NCBI GenBank assembly: GCA_033442325.1
Contig: JAWQFM010000002.1
Span: 2,631,144-2,695,143 of the forward strand
Length of the DNA: 64,000 bases
Direction of reading: 5' to 3'
DNA from: Salpingoeca rosetta
Taxonomy: Eukaryota > Protista > Choanoflagellata
Part shown: positions 30,439-57,069 of the stretch, piece after piece
Layout of the letters: each line of letters begins with the position of its first letter
How positions within the stretch are numbered: position 1 is the first letter of the stretch
The notes under the pieces: generated by a model
Database searches by the model: none
The model's input: only the letters and a program-made list of their open reading frames with translations
Told to the model about the DNA's origin: nothing
Made by a program: the position numbers and the translations under genes

Positions 30439-33340
30439 ATGCTGGCGCTGGGCTTTGCGAGGAAGGCGTGCTGTTCTGCTGCGGCTTCTGCTGCAGCTGC
30501 GGCTGCTTCGGGACGGGTGCGACTGCGACTGCTGTCGGCTGCAGCGGCTGGGGTAGGCGGTGGAACAGCCAACATCGGGCCCACAAGTGCGGCAACGGCA
30601 CCGATCCGGCCCTCGCTCAACTTCAAGGGTTGGCGCGACAACCTAGAGTACCACCGGGCCAACATCCGCAACAGAAACGTCGAGGCGAACGTCGACGCCG
30701 CGGTGCGTGTGTGGGAACGCTTGTGTGGGGGGAGATGCTTGGTGCAAACCGAATTGGCTGAAAGGATAGGGTGTGTGATGTTGTTGCTTGGCTCTGCGTC
30801 TTGTTTTGTGTGTGGTGTTTCGTGCCACTCTCGCGTGCCACCCGTTTCGTGCCACTCGTGCGTGCCACTACTACGTGTTCAGTGGACCTCACTTGACACG
30901 CATGGCGCATTGGTAGGTGGAAGCATATGAACAGTACGTGGCACAGCTGCAGCGTGTGGAGCAGCTGAGGCACGAGCGGAATCGTCTCACCGACAGTATC
31001 AAGGTACACAATCACGTCGAAGTGCTCTGTGCGCGTGTATCCCTTGCACCAACTGTTGACCTCACGCTGCATGTCGTTCTTGTTCTTGCTCTCGTTCTTG
31101 TTCTTGTTGTTGCTGCATGCAGAAGATGAAGGACAAGAAAGGGTCAGAGTTCCAGGAGCTGCTGCGGCAGTCCAAACAGAACAAGACAATCTTGCAAGAA
31201 GTTGAGGTGTGATGGCGTTGCATGTGGCCTTTGCTGTTGTCTGTGTAACCTGCCTTGTTCTCCCTGGAAATGTGACGCTTCCGCTGACACACACACACAC
31301 ACGCACGCACTCGCTGGTGCCCCGCTCACACAACACGCACTCACTTCCACACGCACAACACATACTTGCCTCCACATCCGCACACACGCACAGAGCCAAA
31401 TGCCCTGGGTGGAAGAAGCCATGCTGATTGAGGGCCTCGCCATTCCAAACGAGACACACCCAGACGTGGTGCGTTTGCGAACGATACATGAACCCCCATA
31501 TGGTGCTTGTGTGCCACAACCCATGTACACAGCTCACCTGTCGCTGCCCTTTTTCTCTCCCCGTGTGTGTGTGTGTGTGTGTCTGTGTGTGTCTGTCTCT
31601 GTGTGTGTGTGTGTGTATCAGCCCGTTGGGTCAGAGGAGCAAGCGACGGTGCTGCAAACAGTGAACGAAGCACCGTCCTTCTGTTTTGAGCCCAGAGACC
31701 ACCTTGCCATTGCGCAGCCCAACAACCTCATCAACTTCAGGTACGTGTGCTGTGTGATTGAGTGAGTGCGCGTGTGCGTGCGTGCGTGCGTGTGTGTGTG
31801 TGTGTGAGTGCGCATTTGCGTTTGTGGCATTAGCCTCTGCACAACGTGCTGTTCACACCACACACGTACCCGATTGCATGCGTGCAACCTCGCATTCCTT
31901 TCACCTCCTCCGCCCACTCATCCCGTCCCCACCATCACCACCAAAAGGTCTGGTGCTGCGGTCACCGGCAGTCGCTTCTATTTTCTTCATGGCAAAGTCG
32001 CCCTGCTCGAGTTTGCTCTCGTCCACTACGCAATCAACTTCATGACGCAGCGGGTACCATATGCGCGCGCGTGTGTGTGTGTGTCTGTGTGTCCGTGTGT
32101 CTGTGTGTATGTGTGTGTGTGTCTGTGTCGGTGTGTGTCTCTCTCTCTCTCTCTCTGTGTCTGTGTGAGTGTGTGTGTCTCTCTCTCTCTGTGTCTGTGT
32201 GTGTGTGTGTCTCTCTCTCTGTGTTTTGACAGAAAACTCCCTGGTGATGTCGTGATGAGTTTACACCCACTCGGTTCAGCTCCTCCTTCCATGCCTCCAC
32301 ACCTTACCAACCATCTAATCAACCTGCCGCCCGCCACTCGCCGCCATGTAGGGATATGAGCCTGTCACTGTACCCGATATTGTCAAGACGCGCGTTGCTG
32401 AGAGCTGCGGTTTCCAACCAAGAGACGACGCATCACAGGTAAGTTGTGTCTGTCTGTGTGCGTGCGTGTGTGTGTGTGTGTCTGTCTGTCTGTCTCTGTG
32501 TGTGTGTCTGTCTGTCTGTGTGTGTCTGTGTGTGCGTGCCTGTGTGTTTCCGGTGTGCACTGTCACAATTTCCACAACTTTCCTCCCTGCACATCATTGC
32601 TGCCATCCACACCTCAATACATCTTCACCCCATGCAACCCCACCTGCACACCTGTCTCTTTATCACACCTCAGATCTATCACCTTGACCAACAGCACTCT
32701 GTTGGCCAGGCTGAGCTCTGTCTTGCTGGAACGGCCGAAATCCCCCTTGCAGGTGTGTGTGTGTGTGCGTGTGTGCGTGTGTGTCTGTAGGTGCGCGTGT
32801 GCGTGTGCGTGTGCGTGCGTGTGTGTGTGTGTGTGTGTGTGTGTATAAGTACGCTCGTTTGCTGCTGTCTGCTTTTGCGGTGTTGATTTGTGTGCCCATT
32901 GTACCCGCATCACCACACCTGCAGGCATGTGGATGGGACACACATTTGATGACAGCGAGTTGACAAAGAAATACATCGCTGTCGGCCACGCCTTCCGCTG
33001 TGAAGCAGGTGCGGCTCTGCGAACACGTGTGTGTTCGCGGTTGTGTGTCTATGTGTGTGTGTGTGTGTGCGTGTTGACATGGTATGCAGCTGCGTGCGTA
33101 TGTTGCGGCTGCGCACCGTCCACCATCGTGCTCACTTTCCTCATGCAAATCATTGGACCACAATCATTACCGCCGTCATTGTCGTCGCCATCATGACCAT
33201 CACTGCTCATCAGGCGGTGCCGGCGCCACGAATCGCGGTCTTTATCGCGTCCACCAGTTCACAAAGGTGCCGCATGCAAAGTGGGATTTATGAGCCCTCC
33301 AACACACACACACACACATTCACACACATTCACACACGCA

Positions 33341-33372
<32 letters not shown>

Positions 33373-34444
33373 CACACACGCACGCACGCACACACTCACA
33401 CCGACTCACACTCACACTCAAACTCACTCACTCACACTCACACCGACACACATTCACACACATTCACACACGTGCCAGGCTGAGCTGTTTGTGATTTCGC
33501 CTGGCGACCTGGAAACGTCGTGTGGCCTTCACGATGAGATGCTGCAAGACCAAATCGACCTCTTTGCTTCCCTCGGCCTCCACTTTAAGGTGGCATGCTA
33601 CCGTTGATGGTGGTGTCTCGCCTGTGGCTGTGCTTACGTACTGTTGCATACACCTGTGCAGTTGTGTCGATGCTCATGTCTGTGGTCGCGGTGCGTTCTT
33701 CACTGACCCACTGACCCCATGTGTCCATGTGTCCATGTGTTTCTCCACTCCAACATCCCCACTCAAACAGGTGTTGGACATGCCGACAGAGGACCTTGGC
33801 GCACCAGGTACGCACACGCTCGTAGCCAAATGGCTTGCGGAGAGGCAGAGCAAGGGCGGAAGGGAGAGAGTGACCGAGGGACCGAGGGACGGAAGCAGCA
33901 TGCTCACACATGACACCCACAACACACACATACACACATTCACATACACACATACATACACATACGCCTACACACATTCACACGCACACATACATACACG
34001 CCACACACGACTGCAGCGTATCGAAAATACGACATTGAGGCGTGGATGCCGGGGCGACAGGAGTTTGGCGAGGTGAGTACATGCATACCGCCATTCCAAC
34101 ATGAAACCTCGTTTGTGACTGCACACTACACACTGCACACTGCACACTGCACACTGGACATGTGACCACCACCGCCACCACCGCCACCACTCACTCTTAC
34201 CATCATAATCATCACTGCTGTCAGATTTCGAGCACGAGCAACTGCACGGACTACCAGAGCCGCCGCCTAAACATCCGCTCCCGTCCAACGCAGGCCGCAC
34301 CGTCATCGTTCGTCCACACCGTACGTCGCCACACATCCACGCACGCACACACGCGCACACATGCATGCATGCAGGCAGGCAATGTGGATGGTGTTTGAGC
34401 ATGCACACAAGCCTTACACTAACACTGCAACCTCCCTTCTCTCG

Positions 34445-34521
<77 letters not shown>

Positions 34522-34664
34522 CTCAGCTGAATGGCACGGCGTGCGCTGTGCCGCGGATGATCGTTGCCATTATGGAAACGTTTCAACGCGAAGACGGAGA
34601 CTTTGACATTCCCGCTGTTCTCGAACCGTACATGCCCCATGGCGAAGGAAGAAAGCCGACGTAA
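30439..34664 (+). CDS. SARS2: Seryl-tRNA synthetase, mitochondrial type
   Basis: Ala/Arg-rich presequence; [34 protein letters not shown]...[61 protein letters not shown]. Confidence 0.95.
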
Positions 34665-35105
34665 GATAGAAGCTTGCAGGCATTTTGATGGCCAAACCGC
34701 ATGCGCTTTGTACGCGCATGTGGATGGTCTTACGAAGGTCTTGTGAAAGTGGGCGGCGCACTTGTTGCGCGTTGATTGTTTACTTTTGTTGTTTCTATAC
34801 ACGATCAGCTATTGTACTTCACATAAAAACAGACAAGAACGGCCACTGAATCAACGACATGACATGACATCACACAATCAATCAACAAACACACAAACAA
34901 ACAAAGAAAAAAACAAACAAACAAACAAACAAACGAATAAACAAACAAACAAACAAACAAACAAACAAACAAACAAACAAAACACACACACAACCTCACA
35001 CACACACACACACACACATTCTCTCTCTCACTCTCTCACTCTCACAACCTCTTCCCCCCCCCCCAATCCAAATCGACATCACCACCATCACCATCACCAT
35101 CGTCA

Positions 35106-38100
35106 TCACAGCGCTGACTGGGATGGGCGAAGCGATGAGGGGAGGGACGACGCTGCTGCTGCTGCTGCTGCTGTTGTTGTTGATGTTGTTGTCGATGTTG
35201 TTGTTGTTGCTGTTGTTGCTGCTGTTATTAATGTTGTTGTTGATGCTCTTGTCGGGTGCCTGCTTGCAGTCCAGTCGAGAATGTATGCGGGCAGGAAGCC
35301 ATCACGACTCGCAGCAATGCACACCCCGTCAATGGTCGTCACCATGTGGTCGTTGTCCCACGCATCCGTGAACTGTGCTGCGGGATCATGTGTGAGCGGC
35401 TTTTCATCAAAGATGATGCCCTCGATATCAACACGACCGCCCTCATCGTCGTTGTCGTTGACGGGTGCACGGCCCCAGTCTGCTCGCCGCAGATTCTGCA
35501 CACGCGCTGTTGACGAGGAAGCGAAGAGAAGATAGTGGGGCCGGGGCGGGGGTGACAACGTGAGTGGCACAGACGCACGCGTGGAGTGAGAGGTTGAAGG
35601 GCAGAGTATCAGGATGTGCGCATGCATACGAAGGGCAGACATACGCACATGATCAACTGCATTCAAACAAGCAAACCACAGGCAAACGAAAGGTCAACAA
35701 AACAAGCGGTAAAAGCTATAAAACAGTGGCCCTCACCGCGTCGCTTGCGTTGAGTCGGCGGTACAGAAGCAGCTTGTGAAACTGTGGGCAGCACATCTGC
35801 TGGCCGCTCAAACACATCCTCGTCGTCATCATCATCATCACCACGATCATCACCACGATCATCTCCACGATCGTCACTATCGATGCGTGGTTCGTCGTCT
35901 CTCATGGCAGTGCTGGCACCAACTCTGGGCCCATCCTTCTCACCTTCACCACCACTCGCACCAGTGCCGCTCGCTGTGCTCTCACGCCTGTTTGCAGACG
36001 TCCTTCCACCTCTTGCTCTTGCTCTTGCTCTTCCCCTCCCCCTTCCTCTCCCTCCCCCTCTCCCTCGTCCACGGCCACGCCCGCGCCTTGCAACACCACC
36101 AGTGCTGCCACTGCCACTGCTGCGCAGTGTGGCTGCGTCCGCTGGGAACAATCGCGCAAAGCACCGTCGCGAGCACACGTCCTTACACGTCTCAAACTGC
36201 TCGTTGACGATCATGGGATCGGCCCCGTGTAGCATGAGCACATGCGCCACATCCACCAGCCCAAGCGACGCCGCAATGTGCAGGGGCGTGTCGCCTTTTG
36301 GTCCAGAGAGGTTCACGTCGGCCCCGTGCTCCACCAAGTACTCCACAACAGCGCGCTGGTTGCTGCGGACTGCGGTATACAGGGCCGTTCGTCCGCGTCG
36401 ATCGCGCGCATCAACATCTGTTGTCCCGCTCTCAATCAGCACGCGGAGCTGCTCCAGCTGCCCACGCCGTGCGAGCACGTGCACGGAGTGGCCCGCGTTA
36501 TTGCCTGCAGGCATCTTTGCTGATGGCGCCGACAACGACGATGACGACGATATAGACGGTATCCTACTTTGTCGTTGTTGATGATGATGTGATGGTGAAG
36601 AGGGTGTGGCGGCGGTGGATGTTGTGGACAACAGTTGTGCAGGCGAAGCTGTGGATATGTTGACCACGTGCCCGCTTGCCGTTGTTGGTGCTGCTGCTGA
36701 TAATGATGCTGTTGCAGGTGGTGACATTGCTGGTGTTGACGATGACGTACGCCGCTTTGCGCTACTTGCACGCGGTGACAGCGCTGGTTGCGCTGGCCTG
36801 CACAGGCAAGCAATGAGGCACAAACGTGAATGCATTCAAAGCAAGCGGCAACATGGTGTCAGCACGTCTTGCAATTGTGTGCAGAGGGGTATACAGAGGG
36901 GTAGACAGAGGGGTATACAGAGGGGCAGACAAAACGACACACACACACACAACACACACACGCGCGCAAACAAACAAACATACAAACATACACACACACA
37001 TACAAACCTCGTGGCTTCTACCCATCTCGAGCAATTGCATACCTGAGCGAGACTGACCGGCGCTTGACGTGGGGCAGCGGCTGCGTTGCCATCATCGCCA
37101 CGCGGTGCAGGACTGCAAACTGCCGGTTTGTCGGCTGCTCGCGTCGCGCCTGCCCGAGCAAGTCAAACGGCGTGTTGCCGTCGTTGTTGATGGTGAGCTT
37201 GTTTGCACCGGCCGTCAGCAGCCGCCACACCAACAGCGGCTCGCCAGAGACAACGGCCACGTGCAGCGGGGTGTTGCCCATTCGCGTCTGCGGGTCGAGC
37301 TTGGCGCCTGCACGCAGCAGGTCGCCAGTGATGCCGAGATGGCGCACAGCAATGGCGGCGTGCAGCGGGTAGATACGCTCCCCACGATGCAGCGGGGTGT
37401 TGATCACGCGGGAAAGCTCTTTCGCCGTCTGGCCGCTGAGGATGTGACGCACGTGCGCCCACGCGCCTCGACCAATGGCCTGATACAGAGCAAGCAGCAC
37501 CCGCTGTCTGTGGCCTACCGCCTGCTGCTCAGCGGTGGTGGTGGCGGCGTCTGCGGGGAGTGACGGCTCCGGCGCTAGTAGCTGCTGCGCGCACAGGGAG
37601 GCGGTGGGCAGCAGCTGCATCGGGGTGTCGCCCTGGTCGGTTTGCTGGCGGCGATCCGCACCGCAGGCCACCAGCAGTTCCATCAGGAGCTCCCCGCCCT
37701 GCAGCGCGGCCACGTGCAGCGGCGTGTGGCCGCCGGGCCCGCGCGCATTTGGGTCTGCGCCGCTCTGCAGCAGCAACGCAGTCATGGCGGCGTCGCCGGC
37801 AGCCACCGCATCGTGGAGGGGTGTCCACCCAGCTGCATCTCGCGCGTCAACCGCACGGTTCTTGCCTTGGCGCTGAGTGTCACCTGTGCACTGCTGGTGT
37901 TGCTGGTGTTGCTGATGCGGTTGCTGGTGCTGGTGCTGGTGCGAGAGTACAGCGCTAGCGTCTTTCTGTGTTGTGGCCAAGCGAAACGCAGCATCGACGA
38001 GTCTTCCTTTGGAAGCATAAATATGCAGTGACGTCAGTCGATTCTCGTCTCTGGAGTTGCTTGTCCGCCTGTGCCTTGGGTTGCCGCCATTGCTGTGACC

Positions 38101-38607
38101 ATGTCCGTTGCCACTCGCACGTTTCATGTTGTTACTATTGTTGTTGTTGCTGTTGTTGTTGTTGTTGTTGTTGTGGCCCCTCTCTGCATCCATGCTCTCC
38201 TCCTCAGGTGTGCAATCCATGTCGTCGCTGCTTGCATGGCGCTGACGACTCTGAGCAAGCTGCTGATATGCATACAGGCTGAGCAGTCGAGCGTGCTCCT
38301 TTGTGCGCCCTCGTTGCCCTTGTTGAAGATTGCGCGCCAAACGCTGGTCGACGCTGTCGCCCTTCTCCATCGCTATGCTGCTTCTGGAGCTGCCTCCACC
38401 GTCATGGCTTCCACCCGCACGCCTGACAGCTGCACTACCATCACTACCACTCTCCCGACGACCACTGCTGTTGCTGCTGCTGCTGCGGCTGCTCCCACCA
38501 CCTCCTGCTCTCACAGCAGCACCACCACTGATCCTGGGCTGCTGCACATTCCCTTCAGCATCAACCAGTTGCGCCAGCGCCAGCCACAACCCGCCGTCGC
38601 GCGGCAT
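35106..38607 (-). CDS. Ankyrin-repeat protein (3 exons: 38607-37043, 36797-35737, 35506-35106)
   Basis: ANK motifs GWTPLHDAVAAG, GHTPLHVAALQG, GNTPLHVAVVSG, GRTALYTAV and GDTPLHIAASLG. Splice phases are consistent. Contains an RG-rich tract. Confidence 0.88.
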
Positions 38608-39146
38608 TGTCGAGGACGCACACAACACCACAAAATGCAGTGGTGACTCACACCGCTGACGTGAAAAAAATAAAAAAAGTTGTCTGGGTGTGCTGTGTTG
38701 TACGGGCCCAATTCGCCGCGACACAAACAACAACAACAAAGAAGCCCAAGCAAGACGCTGCTGCAGGACACTCAAAGACTTGACTTGAGGTGGGCTGTTG
38801 GGTGTGCGCGGACATTGCGTTGGTTGGTCTTGGAGGAGGGGGTGATTCGACGAGAGGGAGCCACAAAGAGTGACACACACACACACACACACTCTCTCTC
38901 TCTCACAGACTGCAAGAGCGTTGGTGGGTGGGTTCCCTTGCGTGGATGGCGTGTTGTGGCTGTGCATGAACCAACATCACCATCACCATCACCATCATCA
39001 TCATCACCATCACCATCAAACGCAGCCAATATTGATGTTGACCACTGCTTACCACATCACTGGGTTTTGTTTGGGCTGTGCGGTGTATCCCAGGCAGTCA
39101 GTGGCTTGTGGCTTGTGGCCCACTCGAAGTTGGTCCACCCGCCATC

Positions 39147-51916
<12,770 letters not shown>

Positions 51917-52553
51917 AGATTGTAGCTCTTTCATCACCCTGCGCGCGCGCGCGTGTGTGTGTCTGTGTGTGTCTGTGTGTGTCTGTGTGTGTGTGTCTGT
52001 GTGTGTCTGTGTGTGTGTGTGTGTCTGTGTGTGTGTGTGCGTGTGCGTGTGCATGTGTGTCTGTGTGTGTGTCTGTGTGTGTGTCTGTGTGTGTATGTCT
52101 GTGTTGGTTGCATGTGCGGCACCCTGAAGCGCTGCTTGGACCGGTTTGAATCAAGCCCCCATCCTGTGCATTTGGCTGTCTGCCTTGCCCGTTGTTGTGG
52201 CTGCAGTGTTATGCTTGTCTTGTGTTGCCCTTTAGCCCGCCTGCTTTGCCTTTTTGCCTGCTTGCCTTCCTTGCCTCGTTGCTTCGCTCGTTATTCCTCC
52301 TTGCTCTCACTTTCTCTCTATTCCATGCTTCTCTTACCTCAGCCCCTCCCTTCCCCAGTTGTTTGCTGTTCCCCTCCTTCATCCCGTGTTGCTTGGTGGG
52401 GGGCACGCCTTAAACGCTCACCCGTCAACAGAAAGAGAAGACGAGCCATGTGTGTATGCATGTGTGTGTGTGTGTGCATGGGTGCATGGGTGCGTGTGTG
52501 TGCGTGTGTGTACGTGTGTGTACGTGGGATAGCAGTGGAAGGTACAACTTGGC

Positions 52554-52598
<45 letters not shown>

Positions 52599-52757
52599 AA
52601 CAATAACAATAACAACACGCAGCGTCGCGATCCAAAAAAAAAAAAAAAAAACTTGTCGGTTCACTGACAATCGAAAAACCAAAACAACAACCAGAACAAC
52701 AACAACGGATATCAACACCACCACGAAAGCGAGCAACAAGCAACCCGTCAGCCAACG

Positions 52758-54842
52758 ATGGAAGGACACGTCACCGTGAAGGACGTCGGTGTGCTCGGCA
52801 CTCGCGTGCGATGCTACATCAGCCCTGGCGCAGGCCCCGAGGTAATGCGAGCATAGGAACAACCCCCCCCCATTCTTTTTGCATACACGCACAGGGGAAC
52901 ACACAAACGCATGTGATGTACAAGCGTGCTTTCGATGGATGCAACAACCACACATCATTCCCCCCCCCCCCACACAAACAAACAAACAAACAAGCACATC
53001 CGTGCAATGCCTGCCATCTCAGCACCTCACACATGCCTCCCATCCCTATGCCAACACACCACGTATGTGATAGGTGGTGCTGTTGCATGACGCGTTCAGC
53101 AAGTCGCTGCAGTTCCGTGCGCAGCTCAACGGAAACCTTGGTCGCCAGCTGCGCCTCATCGCCATCGACCTACCTGGGCACGGTGCCTCTCAACCACCGG
53201 CCGACGTGCACGTAAGTGGAACTCACACATGCACCTGCTTCACCAGCATGGACCTCCACAGCGTCCCAGTCTTCCTCTGTCTGCCACATTTTTTTCATCA
53301 AACTCTGCCCACTGCGCCGCGCCGCTCACACAACATGATGTCCGCGGTCGAACACACATGCGTGCATGCGTGCATGCAGCGGTACTACACAGTCACGGGC
53401 ATGGCAAAGATCGTCGGTGGCTGTCTGGAAGAGCTTGGTGTTCGCTCCGCTTATGTTGTCGGCAGCGGGCTTGGCGCCCGTGTTGGCCTCAAGTTGAACG
53501 GCGCAATCAAAGGTCTGTGGTTGTCCGTGTGTGCGTGTGTGTGTGCTTGTGCGTGTGTGCGTGCGTGCGTGCGTTGGATATTTGTTTGTGCATGCGAGTG
53601 GACTGGATCGAGAGGCCTGCCCATGTCACCAGCGACGAAATAGCGCGCCTGCAATGCAGTCGCAGCACACACACGCACACACACGCCCTCATCAACCCTG
53701 TGCTGTTTTGTGTTGTAGTGGAAAGCATCATGATGGTTGGCACAGCCCCGCTGCGGAAGAACGCCTGGCAGTCATCGGGAGAGGTACGGTTCATGCGTTG
53801 TCAGCAGCACAAGGCCGTTCAAATCCTACCCTGCTCGTGCCGTGTTCTGCTGCTAGTGACACCACAAACACGTTCGCACACACACACACACATGCACACA
53901 CACGCACACTCTTCTGCGTTGCTCCTATTCCTTTTGCTCCATTCCCGTGGTCTAGCTGCTTGCACGTGCGCCGGCTGTGGCCAAGATGGCCGACACCGTC
54001 AACCTCACGGCCGAGGTAAGGGGGATGGTGTCGCGTGTGCCGCGTGGTGTCGCGTGCGGAAAACGCACGATGTTGTGGCTTGCATGCTCACGCTCAGCTG
54101 TCACGGATGCCTCATCCTGCTTGCACGCTCATCCGACACATTGCATCAGGATGTGCATGAGCTGCTTCGGCACTTTGTGTCCCCGGAAGAACTGAAACAG
54201 GACGCGTTTGCTTGGGTGTCACACGCCATCAAGCACACCGACGCTCGCCACAGAAACGCAAGTGGAACGCATGCTCTGTTCACTATGCATGCGTATGTGT
54301 TCGCGTGTGTGCGTGCGTGTGGTACGTGCGTGTTCATGTGTGCATGTGTGTGTGTGCAATGTTGTTCTAACGGCTGCGTGGTGTTGCTGTTTGGACAATG
54401 ACAGGTTGTTCGCCACGAATTGCAGCTCGACACCTTCGATGAGCTGAAGGTGACTCGGAGATGAAAGTCTAAACATTCGAACACACACACACACACACAT
54501 TCGCTTTGTGATACTCGCAGTGCAATTTTGTTTCCACTTTCACTGACTCACCCATGTCTCTGTCCCTCGCTTTGCATCCTCACCACCTCCACTTCATCAT
54601 CATCACTAGAGCCTCTCTGAGCTTTCTTCCCGCGCAAAGCTCGGCCTCGTTGTTGGCGCACACGACCACCTCGTCTCCTACGATTACATCTCATCTGTAC
54701 GATTTCGCACACGCCCACATGTGTGCATGTAACACACACCGTGGTGCCCTGCTTCTCTTGTGCCTCATCAGTCCACCCACTCGCACACACACACTCTCTC
54801 TGTCTCTCTAATCCTCTCTCACTTGCCCTGTCTCTTGTTCGT

Positions 54843-54930
<88 letters not shown>

Positions 54931-55277
54931 CTCGCAAGTGCAGCTGCGTTTGCCAAACTTGTGGCGGCAGTGTGTGCAGGTGGTGCCGGGTGCGTTCCAT
55001 TTCGTCGGCGCGTCGCGCCCGCACGCATTTGATGCTCTCATCCGGGACCTCATCAAGGACACGCGCGGATCAATCACCCCAATCCAACGCAAGGTCGCCC
55101 CCGCGCTGGTGCATGTGCTCATGGTCGTGTGTGTGTGTGTGTGTGTGTGTGTCTGCCTGTCTGTGCCTGCGTGTGTGTGTGTGGATGTGACTTTGTGTGT
55201 GTCACGCAGATTACACGTGACCGTGTCTGTGCGAACACAAGCCTCCTTTGTTCCTGCGCGTTCCTTACATTGTCGCG

Positions 55278-55311
<34 letters not shown>

Positions 55312-55428
55312 CTGGATGTGTTCAGGTTGATCCGGCCACAGCAGAGACGCCAGCAGGGAAATCAGGCGCCCTCGTGCCACCAGCTGCCAGGTAAACACGT
55401 TGACTTGCCTGCTGACTTGAAAACAGCG

Positions 55429-55462
<34 letters not shown>

Positions 55463-56524
55463 ATGATTGTTGGTTTGCTCTTCCCTCTGCTATGAACGTG
55501 GGTCGCGTGTATGAACCACGCACACGTACACACCCTCCCTCCCTCACATGTATTGGCATATGTGTGTCTGCGAATGCGTGTGCCCTGGGCTGCGCGTGAC
55601 AGGTTTGAGCCGCCTGTTGTGGAGGGCGAATCGCAAGCAAAGCCAGCAAGTGCCGCCAACACACCGGTGCGTCAACATGTGACGCCGTTGCTGAGGTCAC
55701 TCATGTCACGTCAGCCACACTACCATGTGTGCTCTATCAACCATACCCAGTCTTCACGATCAACAAAACAAACACACACACATACACAACACGCACACAC
55801 ATACAACACACACACACATAACACGCACATAACACAACACACACATAACACAACACACACATAACACAACACACACATACACACACACGACATGTATGAC
55901 GAGCAGATGGCGAAGAACCCTTATGCGCGCGGCAAGGTGCCTGGCGGGACAATGCCCCATCCGTCAATGCGCTTTGAAATTGGCGCTGACGAGCAGCCGT
56001 ACGCAAAGGAGCCTGTCGTGCACAACCCAGAGATGGCCGCAAACCCGCACGCTCGCGGGCGCATCAAGGTGCTGGTGGTGTGATGTGACGTTGTGGTGTG
56101 CATGTCATGTTGTTTGTGTGCGGATGTGTGTGTGTGTATGCGTGTCATGTTTTGTGTGTGTGTGTGTGTGTGTGCGTGCGTGTGCGTGTGTCATTGATCT
56201 CAGTATTCGTTGTTTTGCTTGCGTTCACAATCCACGCCTTCTCATCCACATGCTCATCACGTCCCATCGTCCCTGGTATCGTTGTCAGGGTGGCGTGATG
56301 CCACACCCTGGCGCGCGCTTCGAGGTGACGGCGACAACACTCGCAGGCGAGCGCAACGGACAGAACGAAGTTGCTCGCAAGAACCCATACGCACGCGGCC
56401 GTGTTCCCGTGAGTTGTTGTGCTGATTGTGTGGTGTTGCTGCAGCAGTCGTGGCGGTAGCAATTTATTGTCATGCGCTGCTTTATGCGGAGGAACAGACT
56501 TGCTGGTGCTCATCGTTCCTCTGT

Positions 56525-56618
<94 letters not shown>

Positions 56619-57069
56619 TGCATCACAGGCTGGCAAGATGCCACACCCCAGCTCGCGATTCGAGGGCCAACCAGAGGATGACACCAACGGTGCTGCAAAC
56701 AACACGTCTGCAAACGCAACGCCGTCCAAGGTGCAGAACCCATACGCACGTGGCCGCATTCCTGGTGGTGAGATGCCCCACCCTGGTGCTCGCTTCGAAG
56801 GACACTGGATCGATCGTCCAAGCAGCAGGTGTGACACCATCACTGCACCTGCTACTTGCTCTGCATCCGTGCGTGTGCGTGTGTGTGTGTGTTGTAGGAA
56901 GAATCTTGGCAGGGCAAGTCTCGCGTTGCATGCCCTCTTTGCTGAATTGTGTCACACTTGCTTTGCTGCTCCTCACCTTTTCGTGTTTTTTTTTGTGTGT
57001 GTGTGTGTGTGTTGCCACAGGGCACGCCAACCCCCTGGTGGGCACACCCACAGCAACATCTTTGGCTGA
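52758..57069 (+). CDS. Alpha/beta-hydrolase-fold protein (nucleophile absent) fused to C-terminal NPYARG-PGG-MPHP repeats
   Basis: VVLLHDAF, LRLIAIDLPGHGAS, VVGSGLGA, VGAHDHLV and GAFHF exons splice in frame into repeat-encoding exons ending RARQPPGGHTHSNIFG-stop. Confidence 0.8.
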
